Shown piece after piece: positions 26,864 through 38,784 of a DNA stretch of 64,000 bases. The stretch is from Malacoraja senta. Its lineage: Eukaryota. The notes under the pieces are model-generated. The model worked only from the letters and a program-made list of their open reading frames with translations, ran no database searches and was not told the origin of the DNA. The DNA lies in NCBI GenBank assembly GCA_038087875.1, contig CM075995.1, forward strand, positions 9,984,001 through 10,048,000, given 5' to 3'. Position numbers and translations under genes: made by a program. Numbering within the stretch: position 1 is the first letter of the stretch; every line of letters starts with the position of its first letter.

Positions 26864-27305
26864 CAGGCACGTGCCATCAGGGTAGACAGTGCCTACCCTG
26901 ACTAAAATTATAAAATGGTAATTATTAAATATAAATAGTAAAGGCATGGGATAATTATTCCTACCTAAGAGATCGATCTCTTAGGTAAGCATAATTCTCC
27001 GTGCCTTTCATCCGCACTGCATGTAATACACAAAAGTGTGTGCAGCTCACGTGCCGTCGACGCTGGTTCAAACCGTCAATGACAAGGGGAGCTGAAGGCA
27101 GCTGAAATTCTGCCCTTTGCACTGTGGACTGCGTACTGTGCATGCGCAGCAGCCTACTGCGCATGCGCAGCGCAAGTTTCTTGGTGGTTTTTTCAAACAT
27201 GGATTGTTATTATCTTAAGAGTATCTTAAGAAACAAAGAGAGAAGAATGGAGTTTGTGTACAATAATATTGGAAGTAAATTTCTTTGAGCCATATGTTTT
27301 TAAAT

Positions 27306-29958
27306 ACCGTATTTCACGGCAATAAAGACGCAATTTTTTAACCCCAAAAATAAGGCACTAAAATTTACCTGTATCTTGGAGGCCGAAGGTTGGGTTGCTA
27401 GGTTGTTAGCCAAGAAAGATAAATTTGGCTACACTCAGTACAGCAACAGCCAAGTCTGAGTGAAATCCAGGTTAGTCGGGAAGTGGTGTTGGGTAAATTG
27501 AATGGATTAAAGGCCGATAAATCACCAGGGCCAGATAGGCTGCATCCCAGAGTACTTAAGGAAGTAGCTCCAGAAATAGTGGATGTATTAGTGATAATTT
27601 TTCAAAATTCTTTAGATTCTGGAGTAGTTCCTGAGGATTGGAGGGTAGCAAACGTAACCCCACTCTTTAAGAAGGGAGGGAGAGAGAAAACGGGGAATTA
27701 CAGACCAGTTAGTCTAACATCGGTAGTGGGAAACTGCTAGAGTCAGTTATTACAGATGGGATAGCAGCACATTTGGAAAGTGGTGAAATCATTGGACAAA
27801 GTCAGCATTGATTTACGAAAGGTAAATCGTGTCTGACGAATCTTATAGAATTTTTCGAGGATGTAACTGGTAGAGTGGATAGGGGAGAACCAGTGGATGT
27901 GTTGTATCTGGACTTTCAGAAGGCTTTCGACAAGGTACCACATAAGAGATTAGGATACAAACTTAAATCACACGGTATTGGGGGTTCAGTATTGATGTGG
28001 ATAGAGAACTGGCTGGCAAACAGGAAGCAAAGAGTAGGAGTAAACGGGTCCTTTTCACAATGGCAGGCAGTGACTAGTGGGGTACCGCAAGGCTCAGTGC
28101 TGGGACCCCAGCTATTTACAATTTATATTAATGATCTGGACGAGGGAATTGAAAGCAACATCTCCAAGTTTGCGGATGACACTAAGCTGGGGGGCAGTGT
28201 TAGCTGTGAGGAGGATGCTAGGAGACTGCAAGGTGACTTGGATAGGCTGGGTGAGTGGGCAAATGTTTGGCAGATGCAGTATAATGTGGATAAATGTGAG
28301 GTTATCCACTTGGTGGCAAAAACGGGAAGGCAGACTATTATCTAAATGGTGGCCGATTAGGAAATGGGGAGGTGCAGCGAGACCTAGGTGTCATGGTACA
28401 CCAGTCATTGAAAGTAGGCATGCAGGTGCAGCAGGCAGTGAAGAAAGCGATTGGTATGTTGGCCTTCATAGCAAGAGGATTTGAGTATAGGAGCAGGGAG
28501 GTTCTACTGCAGTTGTACAGGGTCTTGGTGAGACCACACCTGGAGTATTGCGTACAGTTTTGGTCTCCAAATCTGAGGAAGGACATTATAGCCATAGAGG
28601 GAGTGCAGAGAAGGTTCACCAGACTGATTCCTGGGATGTCAGGACTTTCATATGAAGAAAGACTGGATAGACTTGGCTTATACTCGCTAGAATTTAGGAG
28701 ATTGAGAGGGGATCTTATAGAAATGTACAAAATTCTTATGGGGTTGGACAGGCTAGATGCAGGAAGATTGTTCCCGATGTTGGGGAAGTCCAGGACAAGG
28801 GGTCACAGCTTAAGGATAAGGGGGAAATCCTTTAAGACTGAGATGAGGAAAAACGTTTTCACACAGAGAGTGGTGAATCTCTGGAACTCTCTGCCACAGA
28901 GGGTAGTTGAGGCCAGTTCATTGGCTATATTTAAGAGGGAGTTAGATGTGGCCCTTGTGGCTAAAGGGATCAGGGGGTATGGAGAGAAGGCAGGTACGGG
29001 ATACTGAGTTGGATGATCAGCCATGATCATATTGAATGGCGGTGCAGGCTCGAAGGGCCGAATGGCCTACTCCTGCACCTATTTTCTATGTATCTATGTA
29101 TCTATGTCTATCCCTCATTGCTGACAGCTGATGTGAAGTGTCTGTAAAGTGGGAAGCGACTGTAAAAGGACAGCGCCGCTGGGGAGGGGGGGGAAAGAGT
29201 TCCTTTCACAGCGTGTGGGGATCTGGCCAGGGGTAAAGTTGCGGGGTGGGCAGAAGCTTTGAGAAGGAGGGGGTCGGGGATCATGCCAGCAACTCACTCA
29301 CTCACCGCTGCCGCGGCGCTCCGTGCGCGGAGCCACCGCATTGTGGCCGGGGAGCGAAGTAGCTCGGGTGGCTGCAAGCGGACGCCGGGACCGGACAGCG
29401 GAACCAGCCACCACCTCAGCGCCTTCTGCCGGCCCGCTCACCTCTGGCAGTGCTCTCCATCTGAACACCTCGCTCCTGCCGCTCGCCGGCCTCGCTCATG
29501 ACAGCCGTTTCCCGCAAATCCTCAAATTCCGACTGCCGCCGGGAGCAGGACATGGCCTCACTTGCTGCGCTGGGTGACACTGCATGGCATTCACAGCCCG
29601 GTCTCTCAATGTAGACCAGACCAGCTCAAGAGCGGGTCAGCGGGCGATGGATAACAGGACAGCGGGCGGTGGAGCTTACTCCTGTGTCAGTGTGATCAAG
29701 GGATCAATTGAGGTTATTCGCGCTGACACAGGAGTAATCTCCACTGCCCGCTGTCCTGTTATCCATCGCCTGCTGACCCGCTACTCTCTATGATCTTTGC
29801 TCTTGAGCTGGTCCCCTCACTGTCCGGCCTACATTGAAAGACACGGACCGGGCAGTGAATGCCATGCAGTGTCACCCAGTGCAGCCAGTGAGGCCATGTC
29901 CTGCTCCCGGTGGCAGTCGGAATTTACGGATTTGTGGGAAGCGGCTGACATGAGCGAG
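27306..29958. mobile_element. Non-autonomous DNA transposon (Tc2/pogo-like end) interrupted by a CR1, with a palindromic interior
   Basis: TA-CCGTATTTCACGGCAATAAAGACGCA terminus at 27306; long inverted repeat 29491-29958. Joining these into one element is inferred. Confidence 0.5.
27455..29110 (+). mobile_element. CR1 LINE, 5'-truncated (same subfamily as 49289-53475 and 57381-62125)
   Basis: RT motifs [13 protein letters not shown]...FADDTK...GYGEKAGTGY; (TATGTATC)n tail. Confidence 0.95.
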
Positions 29959-30900
29959 TACACGTGTGCACGGTCAGACGCATGTACACATTCAGACACG
30001 CACAGCTACACGTACACGGTCAGACACGCACGGACACACGTACACGGTCAGACATGCACGGACACGTGCAGACACGCACGGCTGCATGTACACGGTCAGA
30101 CACGCACGGACACACGTGTACACGGTCAGACACGCACGGCTACACGTACACGGGCAGACACGCACGGACACACGTACACGGGCAGACACGTACGGACACA
30201 CGAACACGGGCAGACACGCACGGACACACGTACATGGGCAGACACGCACGGACACGTACATGGGCAGACACGCACGGCTACATGTACACGGGCAGACACG
30301 CACGGACACGTACACGGGCAGACACGCACGGCTGCACGTACACGGTCAGACACGCACGGACACACGTGTACATGGTCAGACATGCACGGCTACACGTACA
30401 CGGGCAGACACGCACGGACACACGTGTACACGGTCAGACACGCACGGCTACACGTACACGGGCAGACACGCACGGACACACGTACACGGGCAGACACGCA
30501 CAGCCATATGTACACATTCAGACACGCACGGCTACACGTACACGGTCAGACACGCACGGACACACGTACACGGTCAGACACGCACGGCTACATGTACACG
30601 GGCAGACACGCACAGAGACGTACACGGGCAGACACGCACGGACACACGTACATGGGCAGACACTCACGGACACACGTACACGGGCAGACACGCACGCACG
30701 TACACGGGCAGACACGCACGGACACACGTACATGGGCAGACACGCACGGACACGACTGGCCACACATACACGGGCAGACACGTATGGACACACATGCCAC
30801 CACGTACATGGTCAGACACGCATAGCACCACGGATACGCACGGCACCAAGTACATGGTCAGACACATTCTGACATACTGACAGGCTCGGACATACACGGT
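29959..30900. repeat. 26-30-bp minisatellite (CACGTACACGGGCAGACACGCACGGA)
   Basis: Visible tandem array. Confidence 0.95.
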
Positions 30901-31261
30901 CCCATACACGATCCCACACACGCGCGTCCTACACACGCGGTCCCACCGCCCTTTCACACGCACTGACCCAGCTTTCCTCTACTCCTCGCCCCTCGGAACA
31001 AGGGCACCCGCATAGGAACGGCTGAGAGAGTGTTTGTCCCAAAGGGAGGCAGATGTGACGCGAGCAGATAGACCAGCATGGACTGTTGGGCTGAAGGGCC
31101 TGTTTGTGCAATATAACTGTGTTCTTCTCTCTAAAGACAGAGTTGTACTGTGCAAACAGGCCTCTGTGATACACCTCTGTAAGGTCACTCCTCAGTGTCC
31201 TAAGTTCCAGCCTGTCCCTCCCCCCATGTGTACTGATGATTCTGAGCTTCACTCACCCTGG

Positions 31262-31520
31262 TGCACCTGCCACAACTAACGCTGCCTTATAAAGCACAAC
31301 CCCATAGCCCCACTGCCCAGCACAGTGTGTCTGAGACTAACCAGCCACACCAGGCTAACTAACGCTGCCTTCTAAAGCACAACCCCCACAGCCCCACTGC
31401 CCAGCACAGTGTGTCTGAGACTAACCTGCCACACCAGGCTAACTAACGCTGCCTTCTAAAGCACAACGCATGGCCCCACTGCTCAGCAGAGTGTGTCTGA
31501 GACAGACTAACTTGCCACAC
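31262..31520. repeat. About 80-bp unit repeated 3 times
   Basis: aactaacgctgcctt..aaagcacaac..ccccactgcccagcacagtgtgtctgagac repeated. Confidence 0.85.
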
Positions 31521-31530
31521 AGGGACTCAC

Positions 31531-31575
31531 CTCAGTGGCAGACTTGGCTCTGATGTTTCTGTGTACTGGGAGATC
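31531..31575 (-). CDS. SCRIB: SCRIB small exon
   Basis: Strong pyrimidine tract cccag|DLPVHRNIRAKSATE|gtgagt; 45 nt, phase 0-0. Confidence 0.75.
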
Positions 31576-31702
31576 CTGGGGGGAGAGAGAGACAAGACTG
31601 AGGTTGGTGGTGATGCGATGAGCTGCCACATGCTGCCAGCGCGCCATGTGTCCCTGCTGTGGTATGAGGGTGTAGCCTTGAGCACTCCCACAGTACGTGT
31701 AC

Positions 31703-32085
31703 TACAGAGGGGGGAGGGCCGGGAGGGAGGAGGAGGGGATTCTCCCTGTCGGTCTGCTCCTGGGCCTGGCCAAGATGGGCATTCGCGGGTCCAGGCAGCG
31801 GGTAGTCGATGGCCGCACCGGGATTGGCTGCCTGCCCCTTTTACGGGCCTACGTCCGTGCCCGCGTGTCCCTGGTGAGGGAACACACGGTATCCACGGGG
31901 ACTCTGGAGGCCTTCCGTGAACGCTGGTCGCCGCGGGAGGTCGAGTGTATAACTGATGAGGATGACGTTATTTTAAAATTGATGACGGTTGTTTTGTAAA
32001 CTGCCACAAAGGCAGGTTTGATCATGTTACTTTTTTGTATGTTTGGTTTTGTTTTCTGAATAAAAGTATTTGTATTAAAAAAAAA
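31703..32085 (+). mobile_element. Tx1-clade LINE 3' end
   Basis: LLLGLAKMGI...LEAFRERWSP C-terminus, AATAAA and poly(A); candidate 12-bp TSD CAGTA(C/G)GTGTAC at 31691-31702 and 32086-32097. Confidence 0.75.
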
Positions 32086-32193
32086 CAGTAGGTGTACACC
32101 CACAGTACATGTACCACAGTACGTGTACACCCACAATACATGTACACCCACTATCCCACTGTACCCCCACGGTAGCGCGGTGAGTGAACCTAC

Positions 32194-32271
32194 CAGCTGG
32201 AAGGTGGGTGAGCTGGTGAAATCCCGCGGGACACTGCTTCCACAAACCGGACTGTTGCTGGAGCTGGGTGT
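32194..32271 (-). CDS. SCRIB: SCRIB small exon
   Basis: gtttcccag|TPSSSNSPVCGSSVPRDFTSSPTFQL|gtaggt; 78 nt, phase 0-0. Confidence 0.7.
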
Positions 32272-33153
32272 CTGGGAAACAGAACAACACAAGTCCACCT
32301 GTTGGCTCCCCACTGAGGCCGGGAATGCCCCCTATACCCTCCGTCCCCTCCCTCACCCCCCGCTCCGACCCCTACACACCCAGCTACGGCCACTCCATCC
32401 CGCCTCCCCTCCCCACCCCTCCCCCCAGCCACGGACCCTCCATCCCGCCTCCCCTCCCCACCCCTCCCCCCCCCCAGCCCCCTACAATCCCAGCCACGGA
32501 CCCTCCCCCACACTCTGCCACAGCCCCTGCACCTCACCCTCCCATGCAACCCTCCCCGCCCCCCAGCCCCTCCCACAGCCCCGGAACCCCTTCACCCTCA
32601 CCCTCCCCCACCCCCCGTCCCCTTCCGCACCCCCTCACCCTCCCATGCAGACAAGCCAGAGCATGCGTCAGTGTACACGACTGCACGGTCAGACACACAC
32701 TCACCATCACACACACAATCACACCACAGCATGAACACACATGCATGATCATACACAAACACGGACATACACATGCACAATGACTGGCAGATGTCCAGAC
32801 GCGTACACGATCATGTGCTTCTCTGTGCCCAGGGTCCAGCCAGGATGGGCTGGGCCACACACGGACATTGACAGAGGCTGACAACGATATTCTACACTTT
32901 GCACCTTTCCCTATGCTGCATCTATAGAACATGAACTTGCCGTGATTTATAGTGTTAGCTGATCTGATTGGATAGCATGCAAAACATTTACTGCACCTTG
33001 GTCCATGTGACCATAATAAACCTTAACCTGGGACAGACGTGCACACACATGCTGGAGCACACACGTGTACATGAGCATGCCCACAGGATCGAACCAGGCC
33101 AGGACAGGCCATGCCAGGGTTCCCTGGTCCATGTGTGCGGGATGGGTGCTTGC

Positions 33154-33579
33154 CTGGTCTCTGACCACCGGGCTCCCCCTCCACCTCGCGTTGCCCAGCA
33201 CGAAGGGGTTCTGGTGGAAGGGGATGGGCTGTAGTTCGATCAGCACCTCTTCCTCCTGGTCCAGCAGTGCAGGGCTCCTGGTGAGGGTTGGCGTTCTCCG
33301 CCCACTGTCCTTGTGTGGTGCTGGGCTGGTGAGGGTGGGCGTTCTCTGCCCACTGTCCTTGTGTGGTGCTGGGCTGGGGTGGCTGGGCGCTCTCTGCCCA
33401 CTACCCACGGTTGGTTTCCCTCTGCCGGGGGTGACAGGCTGCGCGCCGACACCAGCCCCACAGTCTACATCACAGTCCGGGGGGATCTTGGTGCCAGACC
33501 CCCAATCTGAGGCGCGTCCCCATGACGGGTGGGGAGTGGGTCCACACTGGGCATCCATCGTAGCCGCTCCTGCACTCAG
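33154..33579 (-). CDS. SCRIB: Probable SCRIB alternative exon (GC donor, or terminal exon running to the stop at 32947)
   Basis: cctcag|LSAGAATMDAQ...QEEEVLIELQPIPFHQNPFVLGNARWRGSPVVRDQ|gcaagc; 426 nt open; motif resembles a recalled teleost Scrib isoform segment. Confidence 0.6.
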
Positions 33580-34029
33580 CTGAGGTCAGAGATGGACAGT
33601 GAGCGTTCAGACACACTCCCCACCCCCTGGGTCTAAACACCCTGACCCCTCCCCTAGCGACCCTGCCCACCCCCCACCTGCAGCCCTGACCCCGGCGACC
33701 CTGCCCACTCCACACTCCAGCAGCTCTGACCCAGACGGCCCTGCCCAACCCCCCCCCCCCAGCCCCCACCCCCACCAATACATGGCACTCCTCTGGCCAC
33801 TCACACAGCCACGCTGAACGTGTGCAGAGTACACGCGGTGATTTCACTACACAACAGCAAGGTATGACCTTGTGTGCACTGGGATGTCACACAGCACAGA
33901 GCCTGTAACAAGCGCACACCCCTCTTCTCAACACTCCCACCAAAACCCCCCGCCATCATCAGCTCCACCTCCCCCACACCATCCGCCCATATCAGCTGTT
34001 ACCCTGACACCCCGCACCCTCCTAACTAC

Positions 34030-34450
34030 ACCACACCCCCCCAACCACCTCAGCCCCCATAACCACACCACCCCCATAACCACACCCCACCCCCATAACC
34101 ACACCCCACCCCCCCTAACCACCTCACCCCCATAACCACACCCCACCCCCATAACCACACACCACCCCCATAACCACACCCCACCGCCTAACCACACCCA
34201 ACAGCTCACCCCACCCCCCCACTTACTCACCCACCCCCCTAACCACACCCCACCCTTCACTCACCCGCCTAACCACACCTCACCCCCAACCCCCCTAACT
34301 ACCCCTCACCTCCATAACCACACACCACCCGCCTCACCACACCCCACCCCACCTACTCACCCACCCCCCTAACCACACCTCACCACCCCTAACCACACCC
34401 CGCCCCCATAACCACCCCTCACCCCGATAACCACACCGCACCCCTCACCC
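34030..34450. repeat. C/A-rich minisatellite (CCATAACCACACCCCA)
   Basis: Visible tandem array. Confidence 0.85.
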
Positions 34451-35176
34451 TTCACTCCAACCCCACACCCTCCTTTCCCCCCATCCCCGGTGTCCCTACC
34501 TCGCAGTGGGCCTGGCTCCCAGTGCTGAGCCTGGGGGTGCCTGGGCAGTGTGGGGAGAGGTCTGTCCCCTGCGTCCTGGGACGTGTTGGGAGAGGTCTGT
34601 CCCCTCTGTCACTGGCCGTGTGGGGAGAGAGGTCTGTCCCCTGTCACGGGCTGTGCGGGGAGAGGTCTGTCCACACAGCGGCTGTGTGTGTGAGTACAGA
34701 GCTGCTGCCCTGCACCCACAGGCAGCAGGTGCAGGGCTGACCATGCAACCCACAGCTCGCTGGGGCCCCAGGTGACGACTGCATTCCACAGCGCACAGTC
34801 CGGCTGTTGTCCAGCTCGGCATTCCCCAGTGTTTGACAGCTGGCTCTAAAATGCAGTCCGTCTCCCACCTCAAACCTCCAGGAACATGGGCGCAATCTGC
34901 GGTTCTGGGTCGGCATGGACGCCTTGGGCTGAAGGGCCTGTTTGCATGTTGTGTGACTGTGCCACTGAGTAGAGTGAGGAATATGTTGTTTCTCTGTAAC
35001 CCCATCCAGCCTGCTCCAACCTCCTTGTCCCAAACACCCCCACTCCCTCTCTTGACCCATCTTTGGGAGTCACGGAGGCTCCCACCATGAACAGTGACGG
35101 TACCATATGTACCGTATACACGACGTTAGTCCTTCAGCACAGAGCAGGCCTTTCGGCCCACTATTTTCATGTCCAG

Positions 35177-35468
35177 GGCAGCACGGTGGCGCAGCGGTAG
35201 AGTTGCTGCCTCACAGCCAGAGACCCGGGTTCCATCCTGGCTATGGGTGCTGTCTGTATGGAGTTTGTACATTCTCCCTGTGACTGCGTGGGTTTTCTCC
35301 AGGTGCTTCAGTTTCCTCCCACATTCCAAAGATGTGCAGGTTAATTAGCTTCTGTAAATTGTACCTAGTGTGTTGTGGATAGAAGTAGTGTACGGGTGAT
35401 CGCTGGTTGGCACGGACTCGGTGGGCCGAAGGGCCTGTTTCCACACTGTATCGCTAAACTAAACTAAG
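35177..35468 (+). mobile_element. tRNA-derived V-SINE (HE1-like)
   Basis: Box A TGGCGCAGCGG, box B GGTTCCATCC, V-domain-like GCGTGGGTTTTCTCC..TTTCCTCCCACATTCCAAAGA, (CTAAA)n tail. Confidence 0.88.
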
Positions 35469-36161
35469 AACCACAGTTGGATCCCACATGGACGTGATAG
35501 AGTCCTACTATCTTCATGCCTGCCAGAACAGTTCCCATTTTCCTGTGTATCCCCTCAGACTTCAAGCACCATCGGTGTGAAAACATTCCCTGTCTAGCAT
35601 TCCCACCTCTCACCTGAAACACACGCTCTCGTCTAACAGTCCCACCCTAGAAACAAGATTTGAATTGTCTGCCCTCTCTACCGCACTCATCATTTTAACC
35701 ACTCTCACCAATCATCTCTCAGCCTCCTCCACTCCTGGTAAACAAACCCAGCCCATCCAGTCTCTCCACGTAACTGTGGAGACACTGATCTGGATGAGAA
35801 TGTTGTTATCAGAGATTCCACCAGGACAGGGTATGTATGAACCAGGGAAATGGGCCACGGACCAGTGACAGGAATCCAACTCTGACATGTGTGAGCGTCG
35901 CTATTTGGGAAGCAACATCAGTACGGGTCTCACGCACACACCCACACACACACACCCATGAACATGCCCACACACACACACAGATCATACATGCATGAAC
36001 ATACCCACACATGAACATGCCCAAACACTGGAACTCATACACACATGAACATACCCATACACACACACCCATGAACGTGCCCAAACAGACACGCACCCAT
36101 GAACATGCTCACATACACATGCCCAAAACGTACGCGTTCGTGCATACACACACTGCCTTAC

Positions 36162-36242
36162 CCGGCTAACCCTCTGTATACCAGTGCTGGGCAAGGCTGC
36201 CAGGGTTCTGTAGTCCAGTTTGAGGGGTTCGGTGGTGCGATT
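36162..36242 (-). CDS. SCRIB: SCRIB exon with SADH-type spectrin-binding motif
   Basis: ttacag|NRTTEPLKLDYRTLAALPSTGIQRVSR|gtaagg; 81 nt. Confidence 0.93.
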
Positions 36243-36619
36243 CTGTAACAAAGACAGGGTGAAGGTGGAGGAAGATGAACACAGGAGGGTCTCTGCTTGC
36301 GGCAGGGAGAACCCACACCAATGGACTCCGCATACAATCAGCTTCACCCCCTATCCCTTGCCCCTCCCCACCCTGGTGTTCACCCATCTGATCCACCACC
36401 CTGCTCCTTTTCCCTCCTCCATACGCTCATCCCAGAGTCACACATTACTCTTGTATTCCCCCATCCCTCTCCCCTTCCACCACATCCCTCACCCCCAGCT
36501 TCACATTCCACTCCTCCTCTTCTCTCTTTATCTGGCACCCTTTGGTCTCCTTTTCACCTCCAATCATTGTCACTTACTCCACCCATCAGCCAATCACTTC
36601 CCTCACCTTTGTCCACCTA

Positions 36620-38777
36620 CAGTGCATTCAGAAAGTATTCAGACCCCTTCACTTTTCCACATTTTGTTATGTTACAGCAATTTTAAAATGGATTAAAAAT
36701 TTTTTTTATTTTCAATCTACATATCATTTCTCCCATCTGTGATAAATGTCTTTCTCAAAACCAATATCACACACTCATTCGTTTCTTGCACAAAACTTCA
36801 TGGATTTTGGTGTGATATATTTGATATATTCACTAGTTTATTTAAGATAAAAATGGAACCTAGCATTGAAATGATTATCTTTGGAGTAATAGGAGATGGG
36901 AACAAATTAAATATATCCCAAATTTCATTTTTCTAATTATGGCTTAATAACAGCAAAAAAACTCATACTTAAATTTTGGAAAAATGCTACTATACCAACA
37001 CTCAAAATGTGGATTGGTAATATGTTGGAAACTGCCCACTTGGAAGAAATGAGACTCCTCCTAATAGACAAACAAGACCAATTCTTAACGGGTTGATCTC
37101 CATTTATTGACTTTTTGGATTCATGTGGTGCAACAGTATCGTAAAATTAAAAATTCTAGGTTTGGGCGAAAAATTATCAAGAATATCAAAAAGCATTGAC
37201 TTGTGGCGAGGGAGAATCTCCTTTCTGCTTCACTTTCTTACTTATTTCTTTTCTTTACTTCACATTCACTAGACTTTCCTTTACTCTTTACTACTTCTTT
37301 CTTTCTCATTTCTTTCTAAAAAAAAAAAAAGGGAAGTTGTACAAAGAATGTTATAATAACTTGGGGAACCTGTAAAAAGGTACCATCAAAATGTAATGTA
37401 CTTACTTCTAATAAATAAAATATTAAAAAAATAAAAAAAATAAAAAAATCAATCTACACACAAAACCCCAGAATGAAGAAGCGAAAACAGGTGTTTAGAA
37501 ATTTTTGCAAAGTAATTTAAAAGAAATATCTGAAATATCACATTTACATTAAGTATTCAGACCCTTTGCTATGACACTCAAAATTGTCCGTAGACCTCCG
37601 AGACAGGATTGTGTCGAGACACAGATCTAGGGAAGGGTATAAAACAATTTCTGCAGCATTGCAGGTCCCGAAGAGCACAGTGGCCTCCGTCATTCTTAAA
37701 TGGAAGAACTTTTGAACCACCAGGACTCTTCATAGAGCTGGCTGCCCGGCCAAACTGAGAAATTGGGGGAGAAGGGCCTTGGTCAGGGAGGTGACCAAGA
37801 ACCCGATGGTCACTCTGACAGAGCTCCAGAGTTCCTCTGTGGAGATGGGAGAAACTTCCAGAAGGATAACTATATCTGCAGTGCTCCACCAATCAGGCCT
37901 TTATGGTAGAGTGGCCAGACGGAAACCACTCCTCAGTGAAAGGCACATGACAGCCCGCTTGGAGTTTGCCAAAAGGCACCTAAAGGGGATTCTCTGGTCT
38001 GATGAAACCAAGATTAAACTCTTTGGCCTGAATGCCAAGCGTCACGTCTTGAGGAAACCAGACACGGCACATCACTTGGCCAAAACCATACCTACAGTGA
38101 AGCATGGTGGTGGCAGCATCATGCTGTAGGGATATTTTCAGAGGCAGGAACTGGGAGACTAGTCAGGATGGAGGGAAAGATGAACGGAGCAAAGTACAGA
38201 GAGATCCTTGATGAAAACCTGCTCCAGACCGTTCGGGACCTCAGACTGGGACGGAGGTTCACCTTCCAACAGGACAACGACCCTAAGCACACAGCCAAGA
38301 CATTGCAGGAGTGGCTTCGTGACAAGTCTGTGAATGTCCTTGAGTGGCCCAGCCAGAACCCAGACTTGAACACGATCGAATATCTCTGGACCTGAAAATA
38401 GCTGTGCATCGACGCTCCCCATCCAACCTCAGAGCTTGAGAGGAACTGCAGAGAAGAATGGGAGAAATTCCCCAAATACAGGTGTGCCAAGCTTGTAGCG
38501 TCATACCAAAGAAGACTTGAGGCTGTAATCGCTGCCAAAGGTGCCTCAACAAAGTATTGAGTAAAGGGTCTGGATACTTATGTAAATGTGATATTTCAGT
38601 TATTTCTTTTTAATTACTTTGCAAAAATTTCTAAACGCCTGTTTTCGCTTTTTTATTATGAGGTATTGTGTGTAGATTGATGATAAAAAAAAATTATTTA
38701 ATCCATTTTAGAATAAGGCTGTAACGTAACAAAATGTGGAAAAAGTGAAGGGGTCTGAATATTTTCTGAATGCACTG
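36620..38777 (+). mobile_element. Tc1 transposon with both TIRs and a decayed transposase
   Basis: TA|CAGTGCATTCAGAAA...[32 protein letters not shown] and WPSQNPDLN motifs. Confidence 0.95.
36722..37448 (+). mobile_element. L1-clade LINE 3' end inserted in the Tc1 left TIR
   Basis: CDKC..THSFVSC..FW zinc-knuckle region, A-rich tail, 10-bp TSD TCAATCTACA (36712-36721 and 37449-37458). Confidence 0.88.
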
Positions 38778-38784
38778 TATCACC

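Noticed and set aside
29797..30880. ORFs of 300-340 aa rich in His, Thr and Arg in three frames
   Set aside because: Translation of a stop-free minisatellite
34500..34845. Possible extra SCRIB exon (ttttag acceptor, GAG|GTAGGG donor)
   Set aside because: 346 nt, with a stop in the phase-0 frame and no recognisable homology; it would need several sequence corrections. RNA-seq could rescue it.
35177..35250. tRNA gene
   Set aside because: The A and B boxes belong to the head of a V-SINE; no full cloverleaf
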